Part shown: in pieces, positions 39,950-52,915 of the stretch
How positions within the stretch are numbered: the stretch's first letter is position 1
Layout of the letters: the number at the start of each line of letters is the position of its first letter
Source: Mobula hypostoma
Lineage: Eukaryota
DNA: 64,000 nucleotides
NCBI RefSeq assembly: GCF_963921235.1
Contig: NC_086097.1
Coordinates: 63,738,001 to 63,802,000, forward strand
Direction: 5' to 3'
The notes under the pieces: model-generated
Told to the model about the DNA's origin: nothing
The model's input: the letters and a program-made list of their open reading frames with translations, nothing else
The model's database searches: none
Translations under genes and position numbers: made by a program

Positions 39950-40480
39950 TAACGACGGAACTTGTTTGATGCCTGATGCTTAAAAACGCCGCCGAGCCCG
40001 CAGTGCGAGGGCCGAGCTTTATTGCCAAGCAGCCAGCTGCCCACCCAGCCCCCGGCCGCTTCCTCACCATCTCTCCCTGTTCCGCCCATTTATAAACGTA
40101 AGAAACCATCTCGGTGTGAAGCAACTGAAAGAGAGCTTCGTCCGCCATGTCTTGTTTGTTCATCCTTCACACGGTGAGGACCAACCGAGGCCGGGGCTCA
40201 CCGGCTGGAACGGAGAAGCAAGAAGGACCCGCGTCCATCCGGCGAGACGCCAGCACCGTCTGACAGCTGCGGCGCGGCGCGGCGCGGCGGGGCGGTCTCT
40301 TCTCCGCCCGGCGGCTCATCATCCCAACGCAGCGCCACGTCTGGCCGGTGGGGTCGGACCGGGACGGATTGTTCCACGACCCACCAGCCGGATCGTTCAC
40401 TCCTCAATTTTCGTCCGTCCTCTCTGCAGACGTCCAGCACCCTTGCCGATGTTGTTGTCCGGCGGTGTAATCTAAGACTG
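39950..40480 (-). promoter_or_regulatory. CpG island / promoter and 5' UTR of TRAPPC6B
   Basis: Sharp rise in GC and CpG density around exon 1; (CGGCG)n tract ~40270-40295. Confidence 0.8.
40068..40148 (-). CDS. TRAPPC6B: TRAPPC6B exon 1; spliced CDS 477 nt, 158 aa TRAPP subunit 6B
   Basis: MADEALFQLLHTEMVSYVYKWAEQGEM|gtgag; exons 81+68+118+84+94+32 give one open frame. Confidence 0.96.
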
Positions 40481-41627
40481 CAGTTTAAGAGTTGGAAGTG
40501 CGATTAGATCAGCCCAAAACTGCAGATGCTGGACATCTGAAATAGAAAGAGAACACACTCAGAGGGCCAAACAGCATCTGTAGAGAGAGAGAAAAAAAAT
40601 AAGTCAGTGTGTTGGATGGATAGCTGACCTTTCATCAGAACTGTGAAAAGTGGAAAAACAATTCAGGATCGCAATTATCAAAACCTCCATGAATAATCCT
40701 AGCAATCATAGACATGAACACGAAGAAGAGTCCGCGTGTCCCATATTGCTCTTGTAGCCCAAAACACCATAGTGGTAGTAAATCACCCTTGATCTCAAGA
40801 ACTGCTTAGTAAGAAGTCTACCAGATTAGGATTATTTTTTTTTGGATTATTTTCTACAAGTGCTCTTGACATTTTCTCCATTGACGTACGTATAAGGTCT
40901 CATAATTCTTTTTTTTACCTCCTTTAAAAACTTTCAGCTATTTCGACCCAACATCTTTGTGGTGATGTCAAGTCACCATAGCTTTTACTCTTTGCTTGCT
41001 CATTTTATGGCTAATACAAAGGGGCATACCTTTAAGATGTTTGGAGTAAAGTGTAAAGGGGATGTCGGAGGTAGATTTTTTTACACAGGAAGGGGTAGGT
41101 ACATAGAAAGTGTTGCCAGGGGTGGTGGTAGAGGCAGATACATTAGGGACATTTAAGAGGTTCTCTTATAGGCACATGGACAAAAGGAAATGGAGGGCTA
41201 TGTGAGAGGAAAGGGTTAGATTGATCTTAGAGTTGGTCAAAGGATTGGCACAGAATGAAAGGCCTGTAATATGATTATACTATTTCTATGAACTTTATTA
41301 TTCATCATGCACTTTACTATTTCTATGTAGATGTTAATGTAGTCGTTGAAGTTTAATAAAACAGTCAAATTTAAATCACATCAATTTTCAGAAAACCCTC
41401 AAGAACTAAGTAAATATTTACACACATACATCATAAAATGTAATTTCATACATTTATTAAATGTACTCATACGTATATTCTGTAGATGTCTATAGAACAT
41501 TCAATATATTTGCAATCTGATACATTCCAATAAAGAATTAATCATTTTAATTCTTTAAGCAAAAATAATTTTCAAATTCAAGTTTATTGTCATCTGACTG
41601 TACGTATAAACAACCAAACAAAACAAT

Positions 41628-42081
41628 AGAGAGGGTGTAGAGGAGATTTACAAAGATGTTGTCTGGATTGGAGAGCATACCTTATGAGAATAGATTGAAT
41701 GAACTTGGAGTGACGGAGGATGAGAGGTGACCTGATAGACATGTACAAGATGATGAGAGGCATTGATCATGTGGATAGTCAGAGGCTTTTTCCCAGGGCT
41801 GAAATCCCTAACACAAGAGGGCATAGTTTTAAGGTGCCTGGAAATAGGTACAAGGGGAATGTCAGAGAGTGGTGGGTGCGTGGAATGCACTGGTAGCAAA
41901 GGTGGTAGAGGCAGATACAATAGGGTCTTTTAAGAATCTCTTAGATAGGTACATGGAGCTTAGAAAAATAGAGGGCTAAGCACTAGGGAAATGCTGGGGC
42001 GTTTCCAGAGTAGCTTACATGGTCGGCACAACATTGTGGGCCAAAGGGCCTGTACTGTGCTGTAGATTTCTATGTTCTATG
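41628..42081 (+). mobile_element. CR1 LINE 3' fragment nested in a minus-strand Rex1-like relic (~41573-42545)
   Basis: ERV.RRFTKMLSGLESIPYENRL, RGDLI..YKMMRGIDHVD, TRGHSFKV readings; (TTCTATG)n tail. Confidence 0.85.
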
Positions 42082-43534
42082 AAACAACTCTCCCCCGGAC
42101 CACGGTGCTCCCACAAAACAAATATTCATAAATAACTTAATAAAATATAATTCAAAATGCATGGTGGTGCACAGGTAAAAAGGAAACAGCAAAAAGTACA
42201 GTAAACAGCTCACTCTCTTCATGACAAGACCTTAGTTGTGCAGGATATTCATTAGTCTCACAATCTGAGGGAAGAAGCTGTTCCCAGTCTGGCATTCATA
42301 GTCCTGATGCTTCTGTACCTTCTGCCTGATGGTAGTGAGTCAAAGAAATTGTGGGATGGGTGGTAGAAAATGCTTCGGGCCTTTCATCTGCAACACTCCC
42401 AGTAAATATCACAAATGGGGGGAGGGGGGGACCCTGGCGATCTCTCAACAGTTTTCATTATCCTCTGTAGGGTCTTGCGGCTTCTATAGCAGACAATGAT
42501 CCAGCCAGACAGGACACACTCAATGGCGCTTCTGTACAAATTCATAACCTTATATTCTATGTAATATATTTTACCTATCATAGATACCCGATAGATACAG
42601 TTCAGATACCCAGATTTATTTAGTCATATAATTCTGAATTATGAAAGTACATACTTATTTGTGCAGTGCCAAAATATTACATGTAGAGATATCTTAAATG
42701 CATATGGGTGGTAAAAAGCGTTCTACTTATTTATGTATTATGTGTTCATTAGGTTTATTCCCATTTTAAAATAAATCAAAAGGCGTTTGTTTTATTTTGT
42801 TACTAAATTTTAGAAACTGATAATATGAACTACAATGATCCACTTTGAAATATACTAATTAAGATAGAAAGCCGTGAACATTTTTCTTTTTCAGGATAAA
42901 ATAAACCAGAAACCCGAAATATGCCACAAGATGGCGACACTAGACGTTGAACACGAAAGCCAAACAAAAAGCACAATTTCTTGAGCTACATTGTTTCGCT
43001 TGAGAATCGTAAGCATTTTTAACGAAATGTGGAGATTAAACAGTATACAGTATCTGAGTTTGCTGCATGAATGGTTACTTTTAGTAGCACTTACAGAATA
43101 AATATTTTAAATCTCTCTTGCCAGTGCTTTCATATTTGGAGGTTTATATGAATGATAAAGTTTTTAATTTGTAGTGAATACATCATGGAGTCGTGGAATT
43201 TTACACCACAAAAGAAAGCCATTCACCCCAGTATATCCGCATTCTGGTCTGAGTTTGTTGAATGACAAAATAAACCGCAGAGGAGTCATTTGGTACTGAC
43301 TTTATTTCGTTATGCATCTTGAACCAAAGTTTCAATTCTCCCTGACTCCATACATATAGTGCAATACATTTATTTTTGTTAGATATGAAAATGCAATATA
43401 AACCAAAAGTGGTCAAGCAAAGTGATTGGTTAAACGAAGCACACCAAATCCTGGACAAATATAAGAGCAAGAAAGTCTTAGTCAGCTTCTTTATAGGACA
43501 CTGGTTTTACCACAAATGGAGTATGCGTCAATTC

Positions 43535-44350
43535 TAGTGGAGTGGTGCTGCAGCAACAACCTGGCACTCGCCGTCAGTAAGATGAAAGAGCTGATTGTGG
43601 ACTTCAGGAAGGGTAAAACAAGGAGCACAAACCAATCCTCATAGAGGGATCAGAAGTGGAGAGAGCGAGCAGCTTCAAGTTCCTGGGTTTCAAGATCTCT
43701 GAGGATCTAACCTGGTCCCAACATATCAATGTATTTATAAAGAAGGCAAGACAGCAGCTATACTCTATAAGAAGTTTGAAGAGATTTGGCATGTCAACAA
43801 ATACACTCAAAAACTTCTATAGTTGTACAGTGGAGAGAATTCTGACAGGCTGCATCACTGTCTGGTGTGGAGGGGCTAATGCACAGGACTGAAAGAAGCT
43901 GCAGAAGGTTGTAAATCTAGTCAGCTCCATCTTGGGTACTATCCTACAAAGTACCCAGGATATCTTCAGGGAGCGGTGTCTCAGAAAGGCAGTGTCCATT
44001 ATTAAGGACCTCCAGCACCCAGGGCATGCCCTTTTCTCACTGTTACCATCAGGTAGGAGGGACAGAAGCCTGAAGGCACACACTCAGTGATTCAGGAACA
44101 GCTTCTTCCCCTCTGCCATCCGATTCCTAAATGGACATTGACTTTTTGGACACTACCTCACTTTTTAAAAAATATACAGTATTTCTGTTTTTGCACATTT
44201 TAAAAAATCTATTCAATATACGTAATTACTTTATTTATTTTATTTACTTGTTTTTTTTCTGCTAGATTATGTATTGCATTGAACTGCTGCCGCAAAGTTA
44301 ACAAATTTCACGTCATATGCCAGTGATAATAAACCTGATTCTGATTCTGA
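43535..44350 (+). mobile_element. Rex1/Babar-like LINE 3' fragment
   Basis: ERASSFKFLGFKISEDLTWSQHI...KKARQQLY..RSLKRFGM...NFYSCTVERILTGCITVW; (CTGATT)n tail. Confidence 0.88.
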
Positions 44351-45339
44351 ATTCAAAACATCATTCTTATGCAAAGTTTTTTAGTCTTAGGGAGGGTGCA
44401 TGTCAATATTTACTTTAATAAATCTAGTCATAGAGGACTTCAGATATGTGAAATAAATTGGTATTGTTCTTCGTGGAAGAGAGTAAATTTAGGGGAATCT
44501 GATAGACAAGAGCCTCAGGACTTATACCATCAGGTTCAAGAACAGTTACTACCCGCCCCGCCATCAGGCTCTTGAACAAAAGGGGGTAAGTACACACAAC
44601 TTCACTTTCCCCATCATTGAAATGTTCCCACAACCAATGATCTCACTTTTAAGGACTCTGTCTCAAGTTCTTGTTATTTATTGCTATTTATCTATACTTG
44701 CATTTGGAGTTTGTTGTCTTCTGCACTCTGGTTGATCTAGCATTGATCATGTTATTGTTACTATTCTATAGATTTTTTGAGTATGCCCACAAGAAAGTGA
44801 ATCTTAGGGTTGTATATGGTGACATATATGTACTTCAATAATAACATTTACTTCGAACTTTTTAAACTGTGAACTAGTTTTAAACCAGCTTAGTAAAGAG
44901 AAAGCGATCATTTTGGTGAAGGGAATCAAGTCAAGATCAGACATAGAGCAAAAGAGCTAAAATGACATGAGGAAAATAGCCTCTTTACACAAGTAACATT
45001 TGGGGCCTTGAACGTGTCGTTAGGGGTGGTAGAAGCGGATACAAATGTACTGTTCTCCGCAAAGATACATATGTAATGTTCAAAGCGAATTAGACATTAA
45101 CGGTTGAAAGAATCTGCAAGGCTCTGGGGAGGGGGACAAATCTGGAACTGGCTACATTTTTCTGTTACAGCCTGTGAATTTTAATGAGCTGAATGGCTTC
45201 CTTAAGTGGTGTAATTTGTCCGTGGTTCCACATAGACTCAATCACTCCATAGTTTATGTGTTTGAGCAGCTACTTATTAAGTCCTCCATGTTAAACTATC
45301 ACCACTGTACTGCATTTGAACTAACCTCGAACATGTCCC

Positions 45340-45900
45340 CCTGCCCTGACCACTACCTTTACTCAGATAGATGCCGGTCGCCCGTTTGCTCGCTCCCCCG
45401 GAGCTATCTGCGCCTGATTGGTTAATTGAGGTGTCAATCACTCTGACGTCGGGCATGGTCAGATGACATCGAGGCGGAGCCTGGCCTGATCCCAGAGTGC
45501 TCGGCGTAGGGCCGCGATAGGAAAGATGGCGGTGGCGGTGAGAAGTTTGCAGGATCAACTGGAAAAAGCCAAGGAAAGTTTGAAGAATGTGGACGAGAAC
45601 ATTCGCAAGCTGACGGGCCGGGACCCAAACGATCTTAGGTAATGACGAGTGCCAGCTGCGGCTCAGCCGCCGTCAGGGGATAAAAGCGGGAACCATGCTC
45701 CCGCGCGGTGGCTGCGCGGCCTGTGAGAAGCTGCGGCCACTGCTGGTGTCCGACAGGGAACCGGGATCAGGACCAGGCGGTCGTGGTAGCATCGCAACGA
45801 AGGGGAACCTAGTGATACGCAGGCGGCCATCAGCTCGCCATGAGCAGCCTCACATGAGACCGTGTTCTTCGGCCTGGACACTACTATTTCCAGCAGAAAA
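45340..45900 (+). promoter_or_regulatory. CpG island / promoter of PNN
   Basis: CpG-rich; inverted CCAAT (CTGATTGG ~45414-45421), CRE-like TGACGTC (45444-45450), YY1-type AAGATGGCGG overlapping the start codon. Confidence 0.8.
45526..45638 (+). CDS. PNN: Pinin exon 1; spliced CDS 1980 nt, 659 aa
   Basis: MAVAVRSLQDQLEKAKESLKNVDENIRKLTGRDPNDL(R)|gtaatg; nine exons join in one frame. Confidence 0.97.
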
Positions 45901-47609
45901 ACCCCTGTCTCCAATGTGAGATCGCTCATGGGGAACACAGTACCCCAACCTAACTCCTTCCCCCTGTCTATGCTACCTGATTCCACGGCACAAATACGTG
46001 AATCTCTGTAACAATAAAACAAATCTCTTAACTCTCTGCCATTCTTTCCGATAATGGGAGTTGCATAATTGAAAAGAGACAAATCGACCCTGCCTTCACT
46101 CTTAACGACTAGAATTAATGTCTCTTCCCCCCCCCCCCCGATTTAGTTTACTGGCCCCCAACTGACAACCTTATGCGGGCAAAGAGCAATCCATTTGCGG
46201 GCAGAATAGTGTATATGTCGATTTTAAGCAGAATTACTTTTGTTCTAACTTAATTGCAAACTTGTAATTTCAGTTTAGTTCAGTGTCAAAAATAATGGAT
46301 TTATTTTGCAGAATGCATGGAATCAAAACATTCCTTAAATTAGTGTTCTCAATCTCGGTAAGGAAATGAAATTAGATTGAAGTGTCAAAAATATGGAAAA
46401 GCTGATCGAGGTGGCTTGCCTGCTATTTTATCAAAAGCCATTGGGCTTATCTACAATATTGAGCCAGGTGGTTACTCTGCAGATAACAAGGTCTGGTGAT
46501 GGTGTTCAAGCTGCATCTGAGTGTTAATGTCAAAACTGGTCTCGTACTCACTTAACTGGGATTGTGGAAGAGCTCTTGGTGTTGTTTGGTAAAGGTAGGG
46601 ATTGGGGATGAATTTTGAAATATGGTGAATTGTTTCTGTTGCATTGCAGGCCTCGATTATAAAATAAAGTTAATGCATTGCAATTATACTTTATTGTCGC
46701 CAAACAATTGATACTAGAGCGTGCAATCATAACAGCGATATTTGATTCTGCGCTTCGCTCTCCCTGGAGTACAAATCAATACTAAATATTTAAAAATTAA
46801 ATTATAAATCATAAATAGAAAAGGGAAAGGAAGGTAGTGCAAAAAAACCGAGAGGCAGGTTCGAATATTTGGAGGGTACGGGTCAGGTTCCGTTCAGCAG
46901 TCTTAATCACAGTTGGAAAGAAGCTGTTCCCAAATCTGGCCGTAGGAGTCTTCAAGCTCCTGAGCCTTATTTATTTCATTGGTGATTTTGACCAGAATAG
47001 GCTCCAGATTGAAGGGATTTGAAAATGGGTGAAAAGAAAAGTCATCACGAAAATTTGTACATATCCTGCTGAAATGAGTATTAATTTTTGTTAAATTGTC
47101 GGTAGAATTAATAGTTTATTCCATAAGAAATAATAGAAAGAGTGGAATCACAAATGAGAAAATCTGCAGATGCTGGAAATCCAAGCAACACATACACACA
47201 ATGCTGGAGAAACTCAGCAGGCCAGGGAGCATCTATGGGAGGGTGGGGGGGGGGGAGAAGTCCAGTCAACATTTTGGGCCAAGACTCTTCAGCAGGATGG
47301 ACAAAGAATGGGGTTATGGGATATAAAAACGGGGAAACAGATCAGCTAAAATAGGAGCCTGCTATTTTGTTGTAAACCGTTGGTCTTCATGGAGAAATTG
47401 GGACAGCAAGGTTTGTTTTGGTTCCGTACAACCTTGTAATTGTGTCTATATTTAATTTTTTTTAGAAAGGAAAAGTGATTTACTTGCATCAAGAATCATA
47501 GATATTAGCAAAAAGTTACAGAGTATATACTTCTGAAATTACTGTACCAAGAAGTCTACCTGATATAATGCAGCTAATCACATGTTAATCAAAACTTGTT
47601 CTTAACTAG

Positions 47610-47681
47610 GCCTGGCCAAGCTAGACGTTTATCCATCACAGGACCTGGTGGAGGTAGGGGGCGTGGGATTGGATTACTTAG
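47610..47681 (+). CDS. PNN: Pinin exon 2
   Basis: 72 nt, PGQARRLSITGPGGGRGRGIGLL, ag|...|gtaag. Confidence 0.95.
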
Positions 47682-47969
47682 GTAAGATTAAAATTCTTTT
47701 TCAATGTTTCTGTTACCCGTGATATGCAAGCATTTGCTACATCCTGCATTCATTGATAATTTTGTATCGAGTTTGTGTAAATCAGAAAACAATGTAAAAG
47801 CAGATCAAGGAAGGCGTCCTGATTCTGCTTGTTACTTTTATATCCTGCTGCTGTACATTTTATGACCATAGGTTGTCCCTTAATGCACTGAAAGTGAAGG
47901 AGGAAAAGATTGGTTTATCTTTTCTTGTAAAGAAGCCTCTTGGTTGACTTGACTGTTCCTTTTATTTAG

Positions 47970-48038
47970 ACGTGGACTCTCGGATAGCGGAGGAGGACCC
48001 CCAGCTAAACAGAGAGATTTGGATGGGGCAATCAACAG
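47970..48038 (+). CDS. PNN: Pinin exon 3
   Basis: 69 nt, RGLSDSGGGPPAKQRDLDGAIN, ag|...|gtgag. Confidence 0.95.
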
Positions 48039-49979
48039 GTGAGAGCACTTGCAAAATGGTTTCTTTAGCATAAAACTGGACATGCTTTCTCTGGCTTACA
48101 GGTGGAGTTAGAATGACCACTTTGTCCAATGACTGGTTTGGAGTGAGGTGACTATTATACATAGAAGCAGAATTAGAACATTCAGCTCAACCAGTCTACT
48201 CAGCCATTCGGTCGTGGCTGATTTTTCCTTCTCAAATGTATTCTTTTGTCTTCTCCCTGAAATCTAAAATCTATCAACCTCTGCTTTAAATATACCCAAT
48301 GATTTGATGTGGCAACGAATTCCACAGGTTCACCACCCTCTGCCTAAATAAATTTGTCCTCGTGTCTGTTATAAAGGGACACCCTTTTGTTCTGAGGCTC
48401 TGCGCTGTGGTCTGAAACACTTCCAATGGAAGACAATAATATTTTGTCCTAACTTGAGTGAGTTTGCTGCAGATCCATGGTGATGAAGATGCTGCATTAT
48501 GAATGGAGCTTCTGTTTTTATTTAGTTAGCATTAATACAGAAAATTCAGATGTGAGGTTCTTCTACAGTGCACCTTGAGCTCAGTTTTTTCTAGTTTAAC
48601 ACTAATCTTAAGATATCTTTGTAATGCAGCATGTAGCAAGCCGTAATTGACAAATAAATCTTTTAAATTAGTTTTGAAAATATTAGTACTAGATGGTGGT
48701 TTAATCAAGCGGCTGGAACAAGGCAATATTGGTAAATGTAACTGCTTAGAATAAGTGCTGTACAGCAATTAGATGTGTGCCTGACTCTTCATAGCTGGTG
48801 GCATATCTTAATCTTCCTTGCTCCCATCTTTTGATCATATCAAAGATGTCTATTGTGAAGCCCAAGATATCTTTGGGCTCAGCTATTTTGAGTCGGAGCT
48901 TGAATTGAAACTGAATCTTCAGCTGTTAGAAACTTTAGTTGTCACTTTTGATTCAGTTGCTGTGATAATCATTATACATACAGTTTTCTGTTTGGTAAAA
49001 TGGTTTCTAGCTTATTGTGCTAAATGCTTTTACATTTTTATATGGGTTGCTTTTTATTTTGTATGCTCTGGCTTCTGCTGTCTCATTGCTTAACCTTAGA
49101 ATTATTCTGTGTTGAGAATTTGCAGCTGTACTGGGATTTTTTGCCCATCCATGCTGGTATTTTTCCAATTGTCAGTAAAATTTGAGTCAAACCTGATATG
49201 TCTGGAATTTTATGAGACTCATTGGAAAAACTACACACTTCTCTAAAGTAAATGCAGTCTTTATAACAAACTGCATCTTATTTTACCAATGTTACCTCTT
49301 GACTTTTGTTACCTATAATTGAATTCTGAGCTAATTGTTTTCTTTCTCTTTCCATGTTAATTTTCACTTGTAAGTAGTCTATTCTGCTTCATTATATTTC
49401 ACTTTCTTTGCCATGTTAGAGGAGCTTTGTCCAAATCACTTGAATCTCTCCACTGGGATAGTCACCCAATTCTGTTAAAAATTTGGACTATGTCATCAAT
49501 ACAATTTCTTATAGAGCTGTTCTCAACGCCTCATGAATATGTGGCTCCTCCCTTTTATGCTCCTGCCAAATCCTAGTTTCTGAAATTCTGAACTGAAGTA
49601 GAATCTTTTTTTGCCATGATTCCCATGTGATCTATGTTGTAGTTCAATCCCTTTCAATTTCTAAGAGCTCAAGCACTTGGATCCCTACCCTGGTTTCTGT
49701 ATAATGTGGAGGTGCCTATCACGCATTCCCAGTGCTGGACAGGTTTGTTGGGCAGCTTAATGGATACTTACTGCAATTTTTTTTCTTCACTCTTTCTTCC
49801 TCATCTGTGACTTCTAGAAATATAATCAGAGTTTGTTTTTTGTATCCAATAACATTCAGACTGTCTGCTACATGAATTTCTCAGGACATTTAGCTTCCAG
49901 AAATTTTGTTTGCGGAGGTTCTATGACTTGTTCTGCACTGCCACAATAAGGATGCTGAAATGTACATAACTGAAAAGTA

Positions 49980-51458
49980 CAATACTGTGCAAGTCAATAT
50001 AAAAAAATCTATAAAGTGAAGATGCTCTCAAAAATAATGAAATTAAAAGTTCTAAATATTAAAAAAATTATAAAGAAGTAAACAGTAAAAAAAACAAGTC
50101 AAATCAATATTTGGTGTGCCCACCTTTAAAACTGCATCACTTCTCTTGGGTACATTGTCATACAGTTTTATAAGAAAATCAGCTGGTAGGTTGCTCAGGC
50201 ATCTTGGAGAACTTGCAACACACATCGAAGTTGCTGGTGAACGCAGCAGGCCAGGCAGCATCTCTAGGAAGAGGTACAGTCGACGTTTCAGGCCGAGACC
50301 CTTTGTCAATGCCTGCTGCTTTCACCAGCAACTTTGATGTGTGTTGCTTGAATTTCCAGCATCTGCAGAATTCCTCGTGTTGGAGAACTTGCTACAGTTC
50401 TGCAGACTGTGGCTGCCTTGCTTGTTTCTGTCTCCGGGTAATCCCAGATGGCCTCAATGAGGTTGAGATCAGGGCTCTGTGGAGGTCATACATTTTGTTG
50501 CCAAACTCCTTGTTCTTCCTTTCATTAAAGGTAGATTTTTATGACCTTGACCATGTGCTTGGCCTGCTGCAGAATGAAGTTGGGACCAATCAGATGGTAT
50601 TATGCTATGGATGAGGATCTGCTTGTATCTCAGCATTGAGGATTCCATTAATTCTGACCAGACCACTGTCCATTTGCAGGAATGCAGCCCCAATTCTGCA
50701 GGGAACCTCTGCCAGTTTCACTGTTGGCTGCAGGCATTCATCCTTGTGGTGCTCTCCAGTTCTTCTATAGACAAACTAGTGCCTGATCAAGCCAAAAATG
50801 TCAAATTTTGACTCATCAGTCCAAAGCACTTGCTGCCATTGTTCAGCGTCCCAGTCCTTGTGTATTTGTGTGTAGGAGAGTCACATGGTTTTGTTTCCAC
50901 TTCAGAGGAATGGCTTTTTGGTAGCAATCCTTCCATGACGGTCACTTCTGACAAGACTTCTCTGGACTGTAGAGGAATGTGTGCCTCATCTGCTGTACTC
51001 AGTTTCCATGGCTGACCACTGTTTCTGGTCCTCAACCTTGCCCGTTTCTTCATGCTTTTTCAGAAGAGCTTGGACAGCAGATCGTGAATTTCCTGTCTGC
51101 CATGAAATTTCTGCTTGGAAGAGACCTTGCCAATGCAGGGTGACCACTTTGTATCTTGTTGCTGTGCTGGCTCGTGCCATGGTGTAAGAAATTATGATTT
51201 GAAGGTTAAGCTGTCACATCTGCCACAACCTCACCTTTTAGTTTGATTGTCCTTTGCCCAGTTTGATTACATCTGTACCTGTTTCTGTTTCAGTTAATCA
51301 GTTTAGTTCATTCAACTCATTATGTCATTGATCATTAGCACCTGAAATCTAGAATTTGCTCACTTCTACTGATATTCTAATACAGAAGACATAAAATTAA
51401 ACATCTAAAGCAAAGTTTGTATAAAAAATCTAGGGTGTCTAAGATTTTTGCATAGTTT
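49980..51458 (-). mobile_element. Old Tc1 transposon of a second family, with a nested Penelope-derived insertion (50217-50379)
   Basis: MARASTATRYKVVTLH.QG...EIS.QTG.SRSAVQALLKK..ETG.VED paired-like N-terminus, WTDESKF motif, decayed TIRs; boundaries approximate. Confidence 0.8.
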
Positions 51459-51794
51459 CATATCAGCTGTCTGCTTAGTTGTATTTGAGCAACTGACAGC
51501 AGTGAACTTGGGAGCTCGCCATTATTTGTCTGATTGCAGAAATTTGTGCTTTTAGGTCTTCAACTTCAGTACAAACTTTACTACTTCTAGAGTTGCAAGA
51601 ATGTATTTGTGTTCAATACTTCTCTCCACAAGCATTCAAAAGGAGGCAGGTATAATCCCTGCAGGTGGAAGAATGCAAATTAGGAATAGCTTTTTTACTG
51701 CTAACTTAGAGATTTAGAAATTTTAGACAATGTGCATAAGAGTCTGACCAAAATTAGAGGTGTATAGAGGAACTCATAAATAGTTAGCTTAAAG

Positions 51795-51872
51795 CAAGGG
51801 TTCCCAACCTGGTGTCCATGGGCTCCTCAGTTAATAGTAGGGGTCCATGGCATAAAAAGGTTGGGAACACTG
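51795..51872. mobile_element. 78 bp hAT MITE
   Basis: TIR CAAGGGTTCCCAACCT / AGGTTGGGAACACTG; perfect 8 bp TSD GCTTAAAG. Confidence 0.88.
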
Positions 51873-51989
51873 GCTTAAAGAGAATCTTCTTGTTAAATTT
51901 AAAACAGCCTGAAAGAAGTATATACTTTTAGGAATCTGACTTGCAGCTGCACAGAACAGTTGTTAAATGCTTTATTTATTCGTAAAAAG

Positions 51990-52062
51990 GCTGGGAGATC
52001 GTCGTTCAAGAAGAGAGTCACGTCAAGACAGTGACGCAGAGGATGATGAAGATACAAAAAAG
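51990..52062 (+). CDS. PNN: Pinin exon 4
   Basis: 73 nt, LGDRRSRRESRQDSDAEDDEDTKK; AAG acceptor, gtattg donor. Confidence 0.92.
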
Positions 52063-52292
52063 GTATTGTAGATTTAAATACTACCATTCCTGTTTTATTG
52101 TTAATTGCATTGTCAAATTAGAAATGGAATGCAAGTTATGATCCATTAACTTTTCACTCACCCATGGGAATACGGCACTGCTGTATGCTTTTGGGGCAGT
52201 AAGCAGTCTTTGAGGAAGTATTTGTGTATTGTCATCATTTTATTAAAAGCTGGAATAAATTTGTACTAAAATGAAATATTTATTCTTCACAG

Positions 52293-52387
52293 CCAGCGTT
52301 GCAGTCTTCAGTTGTTGCTACCTCCAAAGAAAGGACACGCCGAGACCTTATTCAAGATCAAACAATGGATGAGAAGGGCAAAGAAAG
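52293..52387 (+). CDS. PNN: Pinin exon 5
   Basis: 95 nt, [31 protein letters not shown](R). Confidence 0.96.
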
Positions 52388-52590
52388 GTATGCTTTTCAC
52401 AGAGGTATTATAAAATTCAACTGGAACATACTGTAGCCCCTTTGAAATTTCACTAGTATTTGGTTAACTGTTGGGGGGAGTGGAATAATTGCATTAACAG
52501 TGATTAACTTTAAATTTTGTTTATTAAGGAAGATTTTTTTTTTAAATGATGTTGCCTGAAAGGTTGAATTTACAGCCTGTTTTTAAGGTA

Positions 52591-52915
52591 CAAGGGGTGA
52601 TTGATAAGGTCATGGCCTAAAGTAGAAGGAGATGAGTTATACAGCTCTTGTTACATGCATGTGCAGTTCAACGCTGAGTGAAAATGCAGAAAGTTTGAAG
52701 TTCCTCCTCATCTCCTTCTACTTTAGGCCACAAACTTATCAATCACCCCTGCTGTGGACCACTTTCTGGAGGTCCAACACGCCGACTTCTACAAAGAAGG
52801 GATCTGCATGCTTCAGGACCGCTGGACTAAGTGTGTAAATGTAGGAAAAATTAATGTGCTAGGTTTTCTAAAATTGTCTTCTACCTTAGGCCCTGAACTT
52901 ATCAATCATCCCTCG
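52591..52915 (+). mobile_element. Non-autonomous mariner element
   Basis: TA TSDs, ~36 bp TIRs (CAAGGGGTGATTGATAAG...), remnant transposase tail FYKEGICMLQDRWTKCVNVG. Confidence 0.85.

Noticed and set aside
40116..40475. GC-rich ORFs over the TRAPPC6B promoter (likewise 45663-46082 at PNN)
   Set aside because: Stop-poor CpG island sequence with no recognisable protein motif.
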